From a candidate division WOR-3 bacterium (GTDB lineage Bacteria > Hydrothermota > Tepidihabitantia > Tepidihabitantales > Tepidihabitantaceae): DNA of 64,000 nt. The notes beneath the pieces are model-generated. The model saw nothing but the letters and a program-made list of their open reading frames with translations, was not told the DNA's origin and did not search any database. Of this stretch, positions 42,766 to 52,387 are shown one piece after another (the first letter of the stretch is position 1; every line of letters starts with the position of its first letter). The stretch covers positions 192,001 to 256,000 of the forward strand of contig CBFGKH010000002.1 of NCBI GenBank assembly GCA_965649295.1. Direction: 5' to 3'. A program made the position numbers and the translations under genes.

Positions 42766-42928
42766 AACGCCTCCTGATTACAGTCTGGGCACCTCTAGGA
42801 CGGTAGCGATGCTGATTGCCTGCCTGTCAGCCCCGACTGCTACCCAATTATTGAGCGCTACTGGCGGCTGTCAACCTGCTATTGGTCTGATTTCGGTCGG
42901 CCGGTGCCCGCGCCTGTCGGTAGTCCTG

Positions 42929-43330
42929 CTACTGAATGAAGCCGTGCGAGCGGAACCGGCCGACGATGGTGTCTTTGGGCACGGCGCCGACGATGCGCGA
43001 CAGCTCGTTGCCGTCTTTGTCGAGGAAGACCAGCGTCGGCACGGCCTGAATACCGAACTTGCTGGCCAGCTCGCCGTTCTTATCAACGTCAATTGACTTA
43101 ATCTCAATCTTGCCGGCGTATTCGGTTTCGAGCGCCTCAATGGTTGGCTTGAGCGCCTTGCAGGGCGGGCACCAGGTGGCCCAAAAGTCCCAGAGCTTGG
43201 GCAGACCGGCTGTTTCGGTCTGAGGCTTGGTTGTTTCCTCTTTGGCAGTTGGTGCGGGAGTGTTTTTGGCGCCGCTGCAGCCAGCTAAGGTCAGCATGAG
43301 TACAGCGAGGCCGGTTAGCATCAGTCTCAT
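42929..43330 (-). CDS. Thioredoxin-family lipoprotein
   Basis: Lipobox LAG-C; DFWATWCPPCK; VPTLVF; SD AGGAGG. Confidence 0.9.
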   Translation of the reverse strand: MRLMLTGLAVLMLTLAGCSGAKNTPAPTAKEETTKPQTETAGLPKLWDFWATWCPPCKALKPTIEALETEYAGKIEIKSIDVDKNGELASKFGIQAVPTLVFLDKDGNELSRIVGAVPKDTIVGRFRSHGFIQ

Positions 43331-43350
43331 TTGGTTCCTCCTTATTCGCT

Positions 43351-45363
43351 TTAGTCGGTCAGCACGAACTTCGTCAGCGGCCCGGTCTCGGTGCCGCTGG
43401 CTTGAACAAAATAGACGCCAGCCGGTAGCGCTGGCCGCCAATACAGTTCTCGTCCGGTCACTGGAAGTTGCGCTCGGGCACGGCCAGATAGGTCGAGAAC
43501 CCTGAACTGCCGGACTTCGGTCTGGTCGAACTTCAGGTGTACTGGCATCCCGCGTCGCGCCGGACTGGGCAGCGTTGAAAGCAGTCGCGGGCCATGGAAT
43601 GGGTTCTGCCCCGGCTCGGCAATGCCGGTGACATAGCAGCTATCCAGAATCCAGTTATCCGGGTCAAAGGTCAGGCCTTGCGGTTGGGTAGGGACCAGGA
43701 ACGTGTCGGTCTGGGGATTGGTCTGGGGCCGCAGGGTGATTAGCGTGCTCTCGCCAGGGCAGTTCACTCGCACCGGCAGGGGCATCCGGTAGCAGACCGG
43801 GCCACCTGGGCCATTGGTCTGGCTGAGGGTCGTGATAATGCGGAACGAGTCGCCAGCCGGCTGAACTGACCAGTTGAGATAGTATTTGGGGTAGCCAGCC
43901 GCATAGACCCAGTCGTCGAAGAACCAGACGAGGTCTTGACCAAGCTCCTGTTCGCAGATGCGGCGCAGGTCGTCAGTCGAAGCCGTGCCGTAGCGGAATG
44001 AGTCAGCATAGACCCGCAAGGCCCGAAACAGTCTGCCGGGCTGTTCCCAAGCGGTGTCGCCGGCCACGAACTGCAGCATCCGCAGCACCCAGGCGCCTTT
44101 GCAGTAGATGGTGCCGTAGTTGTAGATTTCGGCCTCAGGCGGGTTGTACATTGAGAACCGACGCGAGCGGTCCTGACTGAAAACCGAGCGGGCCAGGCCG
44201 GCAATGTAGGTGTTGAACGCGGCCCGGCCACGTTGATAACCGTAGAAGAGACACTCTGCCCAGGTTGCGAACCCCTCGTTGAGCCAGACGTTGCGGAAGT
44301 CAACGCAGGTGACCATATCCCCGAACCACATATGCGACATTTCGTGGGCCATGCCGATGTCGTTGCCGTTGAGCCACTGGGCATTAATCATCGTCAGGGT
44401 TTGATTCTCCATCCCGCCCCAGGGAAAGGCGTAATAGCCGACAGTCTGGCCGTATTTCTCGAACGGATAAGCGCCGAATCGCAGGGTGTCTGAGTAGTAG
44501 CGCATTATCTCGGGCAGCCGGGCAAAGGCGATGTGGGACTGGGCTGAGTCGCCCGGCCAGATGAAATGGAGGGCCGGTACGATTACGCCGGTGCCGGTAG
44601 GCAGGGCCTGTTGCCATGACGCGAACCTTGATGCACTGAAGGTTATGAGGTAGGTGGCAATCGCGTAGCGGTGGCTCCACCAGTAGGTCTTGGTGCCGTT
44701 GCCGTTGTCGGTCACGCTGTCGAGCAGGCCGTTGGCACAGGTCTGGAAGGTATCGGGCACGGTCAGGTTCAGCTCGACGCCCCGCTCGGCCTTGTCCAGG
44801 GGCTCATCATAGCACGGCAGCCAGTAGCGGCAGTCGCGCGGCGGAGTGCAGGTCATCGCAAACGCCCGGTAGATTCGGGGTGGTTTGGCAAAGTAGTAAC
44901 CCCGCAGCGGCGTGTTGGGCAGCCGGCGGTAGTAGATGTCAATGACCGTTGAGTCGCCTTGGGCCAGACTGGCGTCAAGGAAGACGGCGAGGGTCGTATC
45001 AGTGGTGATAAACCGCAGCGGCACGCCATTCCGCTTTACCGAGTCGCAGGTGAGGTTGCAGAAGTGGAGCGTGAAGGAGTCGAGCAGCGGCACGTCGCTG
45101 CGAATAGCGATGCCGGCGTGGGCAGTATAGGAGCTGTCGGTCATCGGTAGGTCTATATCAATCCGATAATGCCGGACGTTATAGGAGTGGAGCGACTCGG
45201 CAACGGTCGCGCCCTGATAGCGGAGCCTTGCCGCTCCGCACGGTGGCCCCAGCTCGGTTGTCGGCCTTGGCCCGAGCAGCCAGTCGTCATCAGCCTGTGC
45301 CGAAACCCGGCTCGCCAACAAGCCAGCAAGAACGCAAAGCACACCAAGACTGATACGTTTCAT
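43351..45363 (-). CDS. Secreted M1-family metalloaminopeptidase with short T9SS-like tail
   Basis: GGMEN, HEMSHMWFGD...WLNEGFATW, YCKGAWVL; LPAGVYFV...KFVLTD. Confidence 0.92.
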   Translation of the reverse strand: MKRISLGVLCVLAGLLASRVSAQADDDWLLGPRPTTELGPPCGAARLRYQGATVAESLHSYNVRHYRIDIDLPMTDSSYTAHAGIAIRSDVPLLDSFTLHFCNLTCDSVKRNGVPLRFITTDTTLAVFLDASLAQGDSTVIDIYYRRLPNTPLRGYYFAKPPRIYRAFAMTCTPPRDCRYWLPCYDEPLDKAERGVELNLTVPDTFQTCANGLLDSVTDNGNGTKTYWWSHRYAIATYLITFSASRFASWQQALPTGTGVIVPALHFIWPGDSAQSHIAFARLPEIMRYYSDTLRFGAYPFEKYGQTVGYYAFPWGGMENQTLTMINAQWLNGNDIGMAHEMSHMWFGDMVTCVDFRNVWLNEGFATWAECLFYGYQRGRAAFNTYIAGLARSVFSQDRSRRFSMYNPPEAEIYNYGTIYCKGAWVLRMLQFVAGDTAWEQPGRLFRALRVYADSFRYGTASTDDLRRICEQELGQDLVWFFDDWVYAAGYPKYYLNWSVQPAGDSFRIITTLSQTNGPGGPVCYRMPLPVRVNCPGESTLITLRPQTNPQTDTFLVPTQPQGLTFDPDNWILDSCYVTGIAEPGQNPFHGPRLLSTLPSPARRGMPVHLKFDQTEVRQFRVLDLSGRARAQLPVTGRELYWRPALPAGVYFVQASGTETGPLTKFVLTD

Positions 45364-45375
45364 CGCTCCGCCCGC

Positions 45376-46380
45376 TTACTTCTGCCCGGGAACCTTCTCT
45401 GCGAGTGCCTCGGCAATCTGCACCGCATTGGTGGCTGCGCCTTTGCGCAGGTTGTCGGTAACAATCCAGAGACTGATTTCGTCCGGGTCAGCACCCTGCC
45501 TTACCCGGCTGACATAGACATTGTCGTTGCCACGGGCCAGCACCGGCGTCACATACCGGTCACGGTCATAGAGCACGACGCCGGGAGCATGCCGCAAGGC
45601 CTCCAAGGCATCCTTGACCTTGACCGGTTGGCTGAACTTGGCAGTGACCGCCAGAGCGTGGCCAATTGACACCGGTACCCGCACGCAGGTGGAGTTCACG
45701 CGCAGCTCGGGCAGGCCAAGAATCTTGGCGGTCTCCTTGATTGTTTTCAGTTCCTCGCCGGTGTTGCCGTGGCTGTCAAAATCGTCAATCTGCGGGATGA
45801 CGTTGTCGGCAAGCTGGGTCGGCAACGGGCTTGGTCGGGTGTCAGGTTGCTGGTCCATGGCCACAAACTCGATCTCGTAGCGGAGCTGGCGCATGGCATC
45901 ACGGCCGGCGCCGGACGCCGACTGATAGGAGGCAATCCAGAGTTTCTCAAGACCGAACCGCTGGTGCAGTGGGTTGATGGCAACAACCAATGGTATGGTC
46001 GTGCAGTTGGGGTTGGCGATGATGTTATGGTGGGAACGGAGGGCGGCCTTGTTCACCTCAGGCACGACGAGCGGCACGTCCTCACGCAACCGGAAGTTAC
46101 TCGACTTGTCAATGACCGGGCAGTGCTTTGCTACCTCGGGCACGAGCCGCTTTGCCAAGCCTGGTTCAAGACAGAAGAAGGCGACGTCCAGGCCACGGAA
46201 GGCGTCGGCCCGGACTTCCTGTACTTCATACTCCTGGTCGCGGAACCGCAGCTTGGTCCCGGCACTCTTGGCTGATGCGAAAAGTCGCAATTCCTCAATT
46301 TCGCTAGCCCGTTGCTCCAGTACCCGGAGCAATGTCTCGCCAACTAGACCAGTTGCACCGGCAATTCCGATTCGCTTCAT
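45376..46380 (-). CDS. asd: Aspartate-semialdehyde dehydrogenase
   Basis: GATGLVG, PLVVPEVN, IANPNCTT, YQSASGAG, TCVRVPV..GH, DNLRKGAATNAVQI. Confidence 0.97.
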   Translation of the reverse strand: MKRIGIAGATGLVGETLLRVLEQRASEIEELRLFASAKSAGTKLRFRDQEYEVQEVRADAFRGLDVAFFCLEPGLAKRLVPEVAKHCPVIDKSSNFRLREDVPLVVPEVNKAALRSHHNIIANPNCTTIPLVVAINPLHQRFGLEKLWIASYQSASGAGRDAMRQLRYEIEFVAMDQQPDTRPSPLPTQLADNVIPQIDDFDSHGNTGEELKTIKETAKILGLPELRVNSTCVRVPVSIGHALAVTAKFSQPVKVKDALEALRHAPGVVLYDRDRYVTPVLARGNDNVYVSRVRQGADPDEISLWIVTDNLRKGAATNAVQIAEALAEKVPGQK

Positions 46381-46509
46381 GCTAGACTCCCGATTCCTGA
46401 TTCCACCACCAAGGCACCAAGGTCCGACTCGGCCCGGAGCACCGCCGCGCCTCGTCTCTTTGGATGCCTGGTGTTTCTTCTATCTCTGGCTGGCACTACT
46501 GTTTCCCTG

Positions 46510-47484
46510 CTATTCCGTGTAACCGCGCGGATACTGCTGATGAAAGTGCCAAGCGTCAGCAATCATGTCATCGAGCGTCTTTTCCGGTCGCCAGCCCAGT
46601 TCAGCTCGAATCCGAGCCGACGAAGCGAGGAGTATCGCCGGGTCGCCCTGCCGCCGGCCAACGGTTTCAATCCGCAGCCTGCGGCCGGTTATCCGCTCGA
46701 CCGCGGCGAAGACCTCTTTGACGGAAAAGCCCTGCTCGCTACCAAGATTATAGACTACACTTCGGTCAGCAGTGGCGCTGATTGCCAGCAGATGGGCGCG
46801 GGCCAGATCGTAAACATGGAGGTAGTCGCGGACACAGGTGCCATCGTGGGTGGGGTAGTCGTCGCCGAATATCTGAAAGACCCGGTTTGGTTCCAATGCG
46901 GCGGCGAGCAGCTTCGGTATGAGGTGGGTCTCGGGCCGATGGTCCTCACCGAGTCCGCCATAGGCACCAGCCACATTGAAGTAACGCAGGGCCGCATAGC
47001 GCAGGCCAGTTGCCCGGGCGTACTCTTCGAGCAGGGCCTCGAACACACGCTTGGTCCCGCCATAGGGATTGACCGGCCGCAACGGTGCGTCCTCGGTAAT
47101 CGGGACCTTTTCCGGCTCGCCATAGACCGCGGCTGATGAGGAGAAGACAAATCGCTTGACCTTGTGCTGGCTTACGGCGTTGAGCAGGTTGATGCCGCAG
47201 GCAACGTTATTGTAGAAGTAGCGCTCTGGTTTCAGCACTGACTCGGCGACCAGCGAGAACGCAGCAAAGTGGATTACGCATTCGGGCCGCGCCAGCTCAA
47301 AGGCGGCGGTCAGGGCATTGGTATCAGCGAGGCTGCCGACAAAGAGTCGGGCCGGCGCCAGCACCGCCTGTCGGTGCCCAAGCGACAGGTTGTCAAAGAC
47401 GGTGACATCGTGGCCGGCCTCAACCAGCACCTTGGTTGTGATGCTGCCAATATAGCCGGCACCACCGGTAACGAGTATCCGCAC
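46510..47484 (-). CDS. galE: UDP-glucose 4-epimerase
   Basis: VTGGAGYIGS, IHFAA, FSSSAAVYG, NPYGGTK, LRYFNVAGA, DGTCVRDYLHV. Confidence 0.95.
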   Translation of the reverse strand: MRILVTGGAGYIGSITTKVLVEAGHDVTVFDNLSLGHRQAVLAPARLFVGSLADTNALTAAFELARPECVIHFAAFSLVAESVLKPERYFYNNVACGINLLNAVSQHKVKRFVFSSSAAVYGEPEKVPITEDAPLRPVNPYGGTKRVFEALLEEYARATGLRYAALRYFNVAGAYGGLGEDHRPETHLIPKLLAAALEPNRVFQIFGDDYPTHDGTCVRDYLHVYDLARAHLLAISATADRSVVYNLGSEQGFSVKEVFAAVERITGRRLRIETVGRRQGDPAILLASSARIRAELGWRPEKTLDDMIADAWHFHQQYPRGYTE

Positions 47485-47515
47485 GTCGAGACTATAACGG
47501 CTGGCCAGCGGGCTG

Positions 47516-47870
47516 ACAAGGGCAGGTTGCAAGGGACTGGCCCAAGCTCAGGGCCGAACTGATTCGGCAGCCAGCACCGAGGCCCAATCAGTGGCTGGGC
47601 CGCCGAGGTCGGCGCAAAGTCTCCTAGGAAGAGTTCGACCGGTGGTGGCAAAGGCGCAGTGAAGGAGACTGACAGTCGCTTTCTCACCAGGAGCGTGACG
47701 AGGAGCGATTGGGGCCGGGCCGGAATGAGACCCAGTAATTGCCAGAGAGACTCTTTGGGCAACTCCTTGTGAATCTCTGGGGGTAACCATCCCCGGGACA
47801 GTATAGGGGGTGGGGCGCAAATCGCAATATCGTGCTGATAGGTGGTGAGTTAGGGCCGTTGGTAACTGGC
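47516..47870. repeat. 12-nt-periodic intergenic element, copy 3 (inverted relative to copies 1 and 2)
   Basis: Anchor CCATCCCCGGGACAG (47787-47801); about 23 phased units 47516-47791; flank AGGG-N19-TATC-N17-GTTAG...AACTGGC matches copy 1. Confidence 0.65.
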
Positions 47871-47956
47871 ATCCGCCGGGTTGGGAAACTGCTAGTATTC
47901 CGGCCTGGTTGCAGTGTTGTTGACTTGGGATTGAACCTAGTGTAAGTTGCGCAGAG

Positions 47957-48829
47957 ATGAGTCGCGGTGAACTGCGCGAACTGACGCCGCTACTGTCGGT
48001 TCTGCATCTCGGCGAGATGAGCTACAATGCCGGTATCTTTGCTGCCGGCGGTGAGGCCTGCTTAGTTGACCCAGGACTAGGGTGGGCAGACATGAGGCTG
48101 CTTGCCGAGGCAATTGGCAGTCGGCAGGCGCGGCCACGCTGGCTGGTACTTACCCATAGCCACTGGGACCACGTGCTGGGGCCGGATTTCTTTGCGGGGG
48201 TGCCAGTGGTGCAGCAGCAGGCAGCAGTGGCAGTGGCAGCCGAGTTTGGTTCGGCTATTGAACGGCAGGTGTCAGAATGGCGGGCGCAGGCCGGTGAGAG
48301 TCCAACCGAGTTCAGCCTCGCTGAGCCGGATGGGACGTTTGGTGAGCGACTGGAGCTGGTGGTGGGTGGCGAGCGATTGGAACTGTTGCACGCACCCGGC
48401 CACGCTGAGGAACAACTGGTAGTCTATCATGCGGCCAGTGGCCTGCTCTGGGCTGGGGACATGTTGAGTGATATTGAGATTCCGTTTGTGATGCAGAGTC
48501 TGCGTGATTATCGGGCGACGTTGGGCCGGCTGGCAGAACTGGAGATTCGGGTGCTCGTGCCCGGCCATGGCCGGCCGACAACCGACCAGACGGAAATCCG
48601 GCGGCGGCTGGCTGAGGACAGTCGGTATCTTGACGAACTGGCTGAGCGAGTGGAGGCAGCAGTGCGGGCCGGCCGTGATGTCCGGGAGGCGGTGCTGGAC
48701 TGTCAGGGGATGCGGTTTCGGCTGCGCGACAGCAATCAGGGCGCACACGAGCTGAATGTGGCGACCGCCTTTTACGAGCTGGGTGGCAGTGAGACGGCGG
48801 GAGTGAGGGGCTGGAACAGGCTGCAGTGA
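47957..48829 (+). CDS. MBL-fold metallo-hydrolase
   Basis: LVDPG, THSHWDHVLG, APGH, AGD, VPGHG. Confidence 0.92.
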   Translation: MSRGELRELTPLLSVLHLGEMSYNAGIFAAGGEACLVDPGLGWADMRLLAEAIGSRQARPRWLVLTHSHWDHVLGPDFFAGVPVVQQQAAVAVAAEFGSAIERQVSEWRAQAGESPTEFSLAEPDGTFGERLELVVGGERLELLHAPGHAEEQLVVYHAASGLLWAGDMLSDIEIPFVMQSLRDYRATLGRLAELEIRVLVPGHGRPTTDQTEIRRRLAEDSRYLDELAERVEAAVRAGRDVREAVLDCQGMRFRLRDSNQGAHELNVATAFYELGGSETAGVRGWNRLQ

Positions 48830-48861
48830 CCGGTAGTTGAAGTGATGCGGGAGCGGGTGCG

Positions 48862-49548
48862 ATGAGGCTGTGGGGAACACTGTTGAATGTTGGAACCGTG
48901 ATTATCGGCAGCTTGATTGGTCTGTTCTTTCACGCGCGGCTGCCGAGGCGACTGGTGCAGGTTGCGTTTGCCGGGATTGGGCTATTCACGCTCTTCATTG
49001 GTTTCACGATGGCGGCGAAGACAAAGAACTTCGTCGTGCTGGTATTTGCCATCGTGCTGGGCGCGATTGCTGGCGAGCTGCTGGCGATTGAAGAGCGACT
49101 GGCAGGATGCGGCGAGTGGCTGAAGCAGCGGCTGGGCTCGGCGAACGAGCGGTTTGCTGAAGGGCTGGTGACAGCGTTTCTGCTCTTCTGTATGGGTTCG
49201 ATGACTGTTCTCGGAGCAATCGAGGAAGGAATGGGTGGCAAGCCAAATCTGCTGGTGGCCAAGTCGGTATTGGATGGCTTTGCGTCGCTGGCCCTGGCCG
49301 CGTCAATGGGAGTCGGCGTACTCTTCTCGGTGGTGCCGCAGTTGCTGTATCAAGGTGGATTGACAGCGGCAGCATGGCTAGTGGGACGGGCGCTGGCGCC
49401 GACAGTGGTGAACGAGGTGTCGGCAGCGGGCGGCTTGATTCTCATTGGGTTGGGGATCAGGATTCTGGAGATAAAGCAACTGAAGGTGCTGAACATGCTG
49501 CCGGCGCTGGTCGTGGCCGGTGTCCTGGCAGCGCTGCTTGTGAGATAG
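48862..49548 (+). CDS. DUF554 membrane protein
   Basis: GTLLN...GSLIG, FLLFCMGSM..LGAI, KSVLDG, GVLFS, NMLPAL. Confidence 0.9.
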   Translation: MRLWGTLLNVGTVIIGSLIGLFFHARLPRRLVQVAFAGIGLFTLFIGFTMAAKTKNFVVLVFAIVLGAIAGELLAIEERLAGCGEWLKQRLGSANERFAEGLVTAFLLFCMGSMTVLGAIEEGMGGKPNLLVAKSVLDGFASLALAASMGVGVLFSVVPQLLYQGGLTAAAWLVGRALAPTVVNEVSAAGGLILIGLGIRILEIKQLKVLNMLPALVVAGVLAALLVR

Positions 49549-49572
49549 CGGCGAGCAGAGAGGAGTGAGGCG

Positions 49573-51276
49573 ATGAAGCGGACTGTTCTCGTGCTGGCTT
49601 TGCTGGTGATGGCCGGACTGGGGGCGCCGGTGGTGCGGTTTGCGGTTATCGGTGACCGAACCGGTAATGCCCAGCCCGGGGTGTATGAGTCAATAGTGGC
49701 CGAGATCGAGCGGCTGCGGCCGGACTTCGTTTTCTCGGTCGGCGACCAGATTCAGGGTTACACCAAGGACACGGCAGTGCTTGGGCAGCAGTGGCGCGAG
49801 TATCGTTCAATAATGGCCGGTCTTTCAGTGCCGCTTTACATCACTGCCGGCAACCATGACATAAGAGACGAAAGTCACCTGGGGCCGTTTCTTCAGTACA
49901 ACGGTCGGCCCTACTACAGCCTCGAGCGACAAGGACTCTACTTCATTGTCCTCGACAACAGCCGCTGGGAGGCGAGCAGCGAACTGCCGGAAGAACAGCT
50001 TGACTGGCTGCAGGCTGAGCTCAGACGGTCGCGGCGGGCACGATACACTTCTGTCATCATGCACAAGCCGTTCTGGGAGAATACCACGGCCCGAGGTCGG
50101 CCAGACACGTTGCACAGCCTGTTCCGACGCTACGGCGTGGACGCGGTTTTTGCCGGGCACCGCCACCAATACTTCAGCGGCCTTTACGACGGCATTAGCT
50201 ATACCGCGGTGGGTAGTTCTGGTGGCGCCACAATTCCGGGGCCGACCGGGATTCTTTACCACTTCACCTGGGTGACGGTTGACGATGCTGGTATTCACAT
50301 CGCGCCAATTCTGGCTGGCACGATACGGCCATGGGATGATGTCACTGCTACTGACCGGCAGGCAATCGAGAAGAACGAGCGAGACGGAATCCGTTTCCCA
50401 GCGCCGGTGCTCGTTGATGGAAGATTGGCAGTCAACGGGGACGCCGAGCTGGTGGTGGTGAACTTCTCGGCGACCGATACCTTGATTGACACGCTACGTT
50501 GGGAGGTGCCGGCTGGCTGGAGTGTGGAGCCAGACCAGGCGATTCTGACAGTAGCACCCGGAGCAACCGTATCGGTCACGGCCAGGGTCGCTTGCGCAGG
50601 CCGGCCTTTTCCGGTGCCGATTGCTAAGGTGAGGCTGCCCTATCGGCCGGGCCGAACGAGTCTTGTCTCGCGGCAGTTGCGGGTGGCCCGGACCGCGGTT
50701 AGCAGCCGGCTGGCTGACATTGTGATTGACGGTCGGCCGACCGAGAGAGAGTGGCAGCAGCCGGAGACCTATTTCTTCGGCCCGGACGGCGGGCCAGCCC
50801 AAACCGACTCGACACGGTTCTATTTCGGATGGGACGATTCGAGTCTCTATATCAGTGCTGTTTGCTTTGACCCGGCGGTTACCACCGTCAAGGCGCAGGC
50901 CGAGCAGCAGGATGAGGCGGTGTACAACGACGATTGCGTTGGGTTCTTTCTGCAGCCGGACACGAGCACCGGTGTCATCTACCAAATCTACTTCAATCCG
51001 AATGGCGTTGCATTTGACCAGCAGCTAGTCGCCGTTACTGGCGGCGTTGAGGCCAACCCGAAGTGGAACGGCAGCTACACGGTCGCCACCGCTTTGGGGC
51101 CGGACCGCTGGTCAATTGAGGCACGGATACCGCTTGGGCAGCTCGGGGCCAAGGCAGGGGCCGGCCAAGTATGGGGCCTCAACTTTCGGCGCAAGCAGCC
51201 GGGCCGTAAGGCCAACGGTGACTGGCAGCCGATTAGCTATGACCGCGACGGCCTAGGCTGGCTGCTTTTCCGCTAA
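49573..51276 (+). CDS. Exported calcineurin-like metallophosphoesterase with C-terminal CBM9-like domain
   Basis: IGD, VGD, GNHD, MHKP, FAGH.H; C-terminal IVIDG...EW, WD...LY, W.IEARIP, WGLNF.R. Confidence 0.88.
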   Translation: MKRTVLVLALLVMAGLGAPVVRFAVIGDRTGNAQPGVYESIVAEIERLRPDFVFSVGDQIQGYTKDTAVLGQQWREYRSIMAGLSVPLYITAGNHDIRDESHLGPFLQYNGRPYYSLERQGLYFIVLDNSRWEASSELPEEQLDWLQAELRRSRRARYTSVIMHKPFWENTTARGRPDTLHSLFRRYGVDAVFAGHRHQYFSGLYDGISYTAVGSSGGATIPGPTGILYHFTWVTVDDAGIHIAPILAGTIRPWDDVTATDRQAIEKNERDGIRFPAPVLVDGRLAVNGDAELVVVNFSATDTLIDTLRWEVPAGWSVEPDQAILTVAPGATVSVTARVACAGRPFPVPIAKVRLPYRPGRTSLVSRQLRVARTAVSSRLADIVIDGRPTEREWQQPETYFFGPDGGPAQTDSTRFYFGWDDSSLYISAVCFDPAVTTVKAQAEQQDEAVYNDDCVGFFLQPDTSTGVIYQIYFNPNGVAFDQQLVAVTGGVEANPKWNGSYTVATALGPDRWSIEARIPLGQLGAKAGAGQVWGLNFRRKQPGRKANGDWQPISYDRDGLGWLLFR

Positions 51277-51346
51277 ACCCTACTCAATTCCTGACCTTGT
51301 CAAGGTGAAGATTTGACAGTCAGTCACCGGCCGATAAGATGAGCCG

Positions 51347-52387
51347 GTGGCTGCCTATCAGGCAAAGAAGACCCGCAAGCCAGCCCAGGTGCTGGCTGAT
51401 ATTGCTGCCGGTCGGATTGAACCGGTCTATATCCTGTTCGGCGATGACACGGCGATGGCCGAGGAGATTATCGAGGCGCTGCGGGCGCGGTTGATTGAGC
51501 CTGGTTTTGGAACGATGACTTTTAGCAATCTCCACCCACCCAAGCTGAACGAGGCCGGGGCCAGTGCTTGGCCGACAGAACTACTCCAACTGGTGAACAC
51601 GCCGCCAATGGGCGCGGCGCGACGGCTGGTGGTCATTCGCGGCTTCGATGTGCTTGATAAACAGCGGGCCGAGGCTGTCGGCAGTGGCCTGGCCAAGACA
51701 CCTGATTTTACCACGGTAGTCGCGACCTGCGAGTATGATCGAACCCGCGAACGACTCTTCAACCAGACCGGTCTGGCCCGTTTTGTTGTTGACTTGCGTT
51801 CGCCGTCGGCTGGCGACCGGATTACGATGCTGCGGCGGTGGGCAAAGGAGCGGGGGATTGAGCTGGACGAGAAGGCCGCCGCCTTGCTGGTGGAGATTGC
51901 CGGCACCGATACGGCTTTGCTCAAGACTGAGATTGAGAAGCTGGCGACCTTGCTGGGTAAAGGCGGTCGGGCGACGGTTGAGGTCGTGGGTGAACTGGCG
52001 GCTGACTCGCGGGAGTACAGCCTGCGCGAATACACGATGGCGACCTTGGGTCGCAATCTCAAGCCGGCCCTGACCGAGCTGCGGCGGCTGCAGGATTGGG
52101 GCGAGGAGCCGATTCGGATTGTTGGCTGGCTGGCGCCGGCACTGATTCGGCTGGCCAGCGAGGCGCGCGGTGATGCGGCCCGGCTGTTCAATCGGGCCTT
52201 GCACCGGCTGTATGAAATCAACCGTGAGATTGTGTCGGGCGGAGCCGAGCCGTTTTTGCTGCTGGAGCTGTTTACAATCTGTTTGGCCTGTAGTGGTCGC
52301 ACCTGCCGGCTCGCCGGTCAACCGAATGCTCCGAACTTCTGCCTGCATCGGCTACCGCCAGCAAGGAGGAAAGCAGTCAATGAGTGA
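51347..52387 (+). CDS. holA: DNA polymerase III delta subunit
   Basis: PVYILFGDD, PPM....RLVV, 'A..LLVEIAG.D...L..EIEKL'; adjacent to leuS. Confidence 0.8.
   Translation: MAAYQAKKTRKPAQVLADIAAGRIEPVYILFGDDTAMAEEIIEALRARLIEPGFGTMTFSNLHPPKLNEAGASAWPTELLQLVNTPPMGAARRLVVIRGFDVLDKQRAEAVGSGLAKTPDFTTVVATCEYDRTRERLFNQTGLARFVVDLRSPSAGDRITMLRRWAKERGIELDEKAAALLVEIAGTDTALLKTEIEKLATLLGKGGRATVEVVGELAADSREYSLREYTMATLGRNLKPALTELRRLQDWGEEPIRIVGWLAPALIRLASEARGDAARLFNRALHRLYEINREIVSGGAEPFLLLELFTICLACSGRTCRLAGQPNAPNFCLHRLPPARRKAVNE

Noticed and set aside
42929..43330. Thioredoxin as an additional selenoprotein
   Set aside because: Active site is CPPC with normal Cys codons; no in-frame UGA
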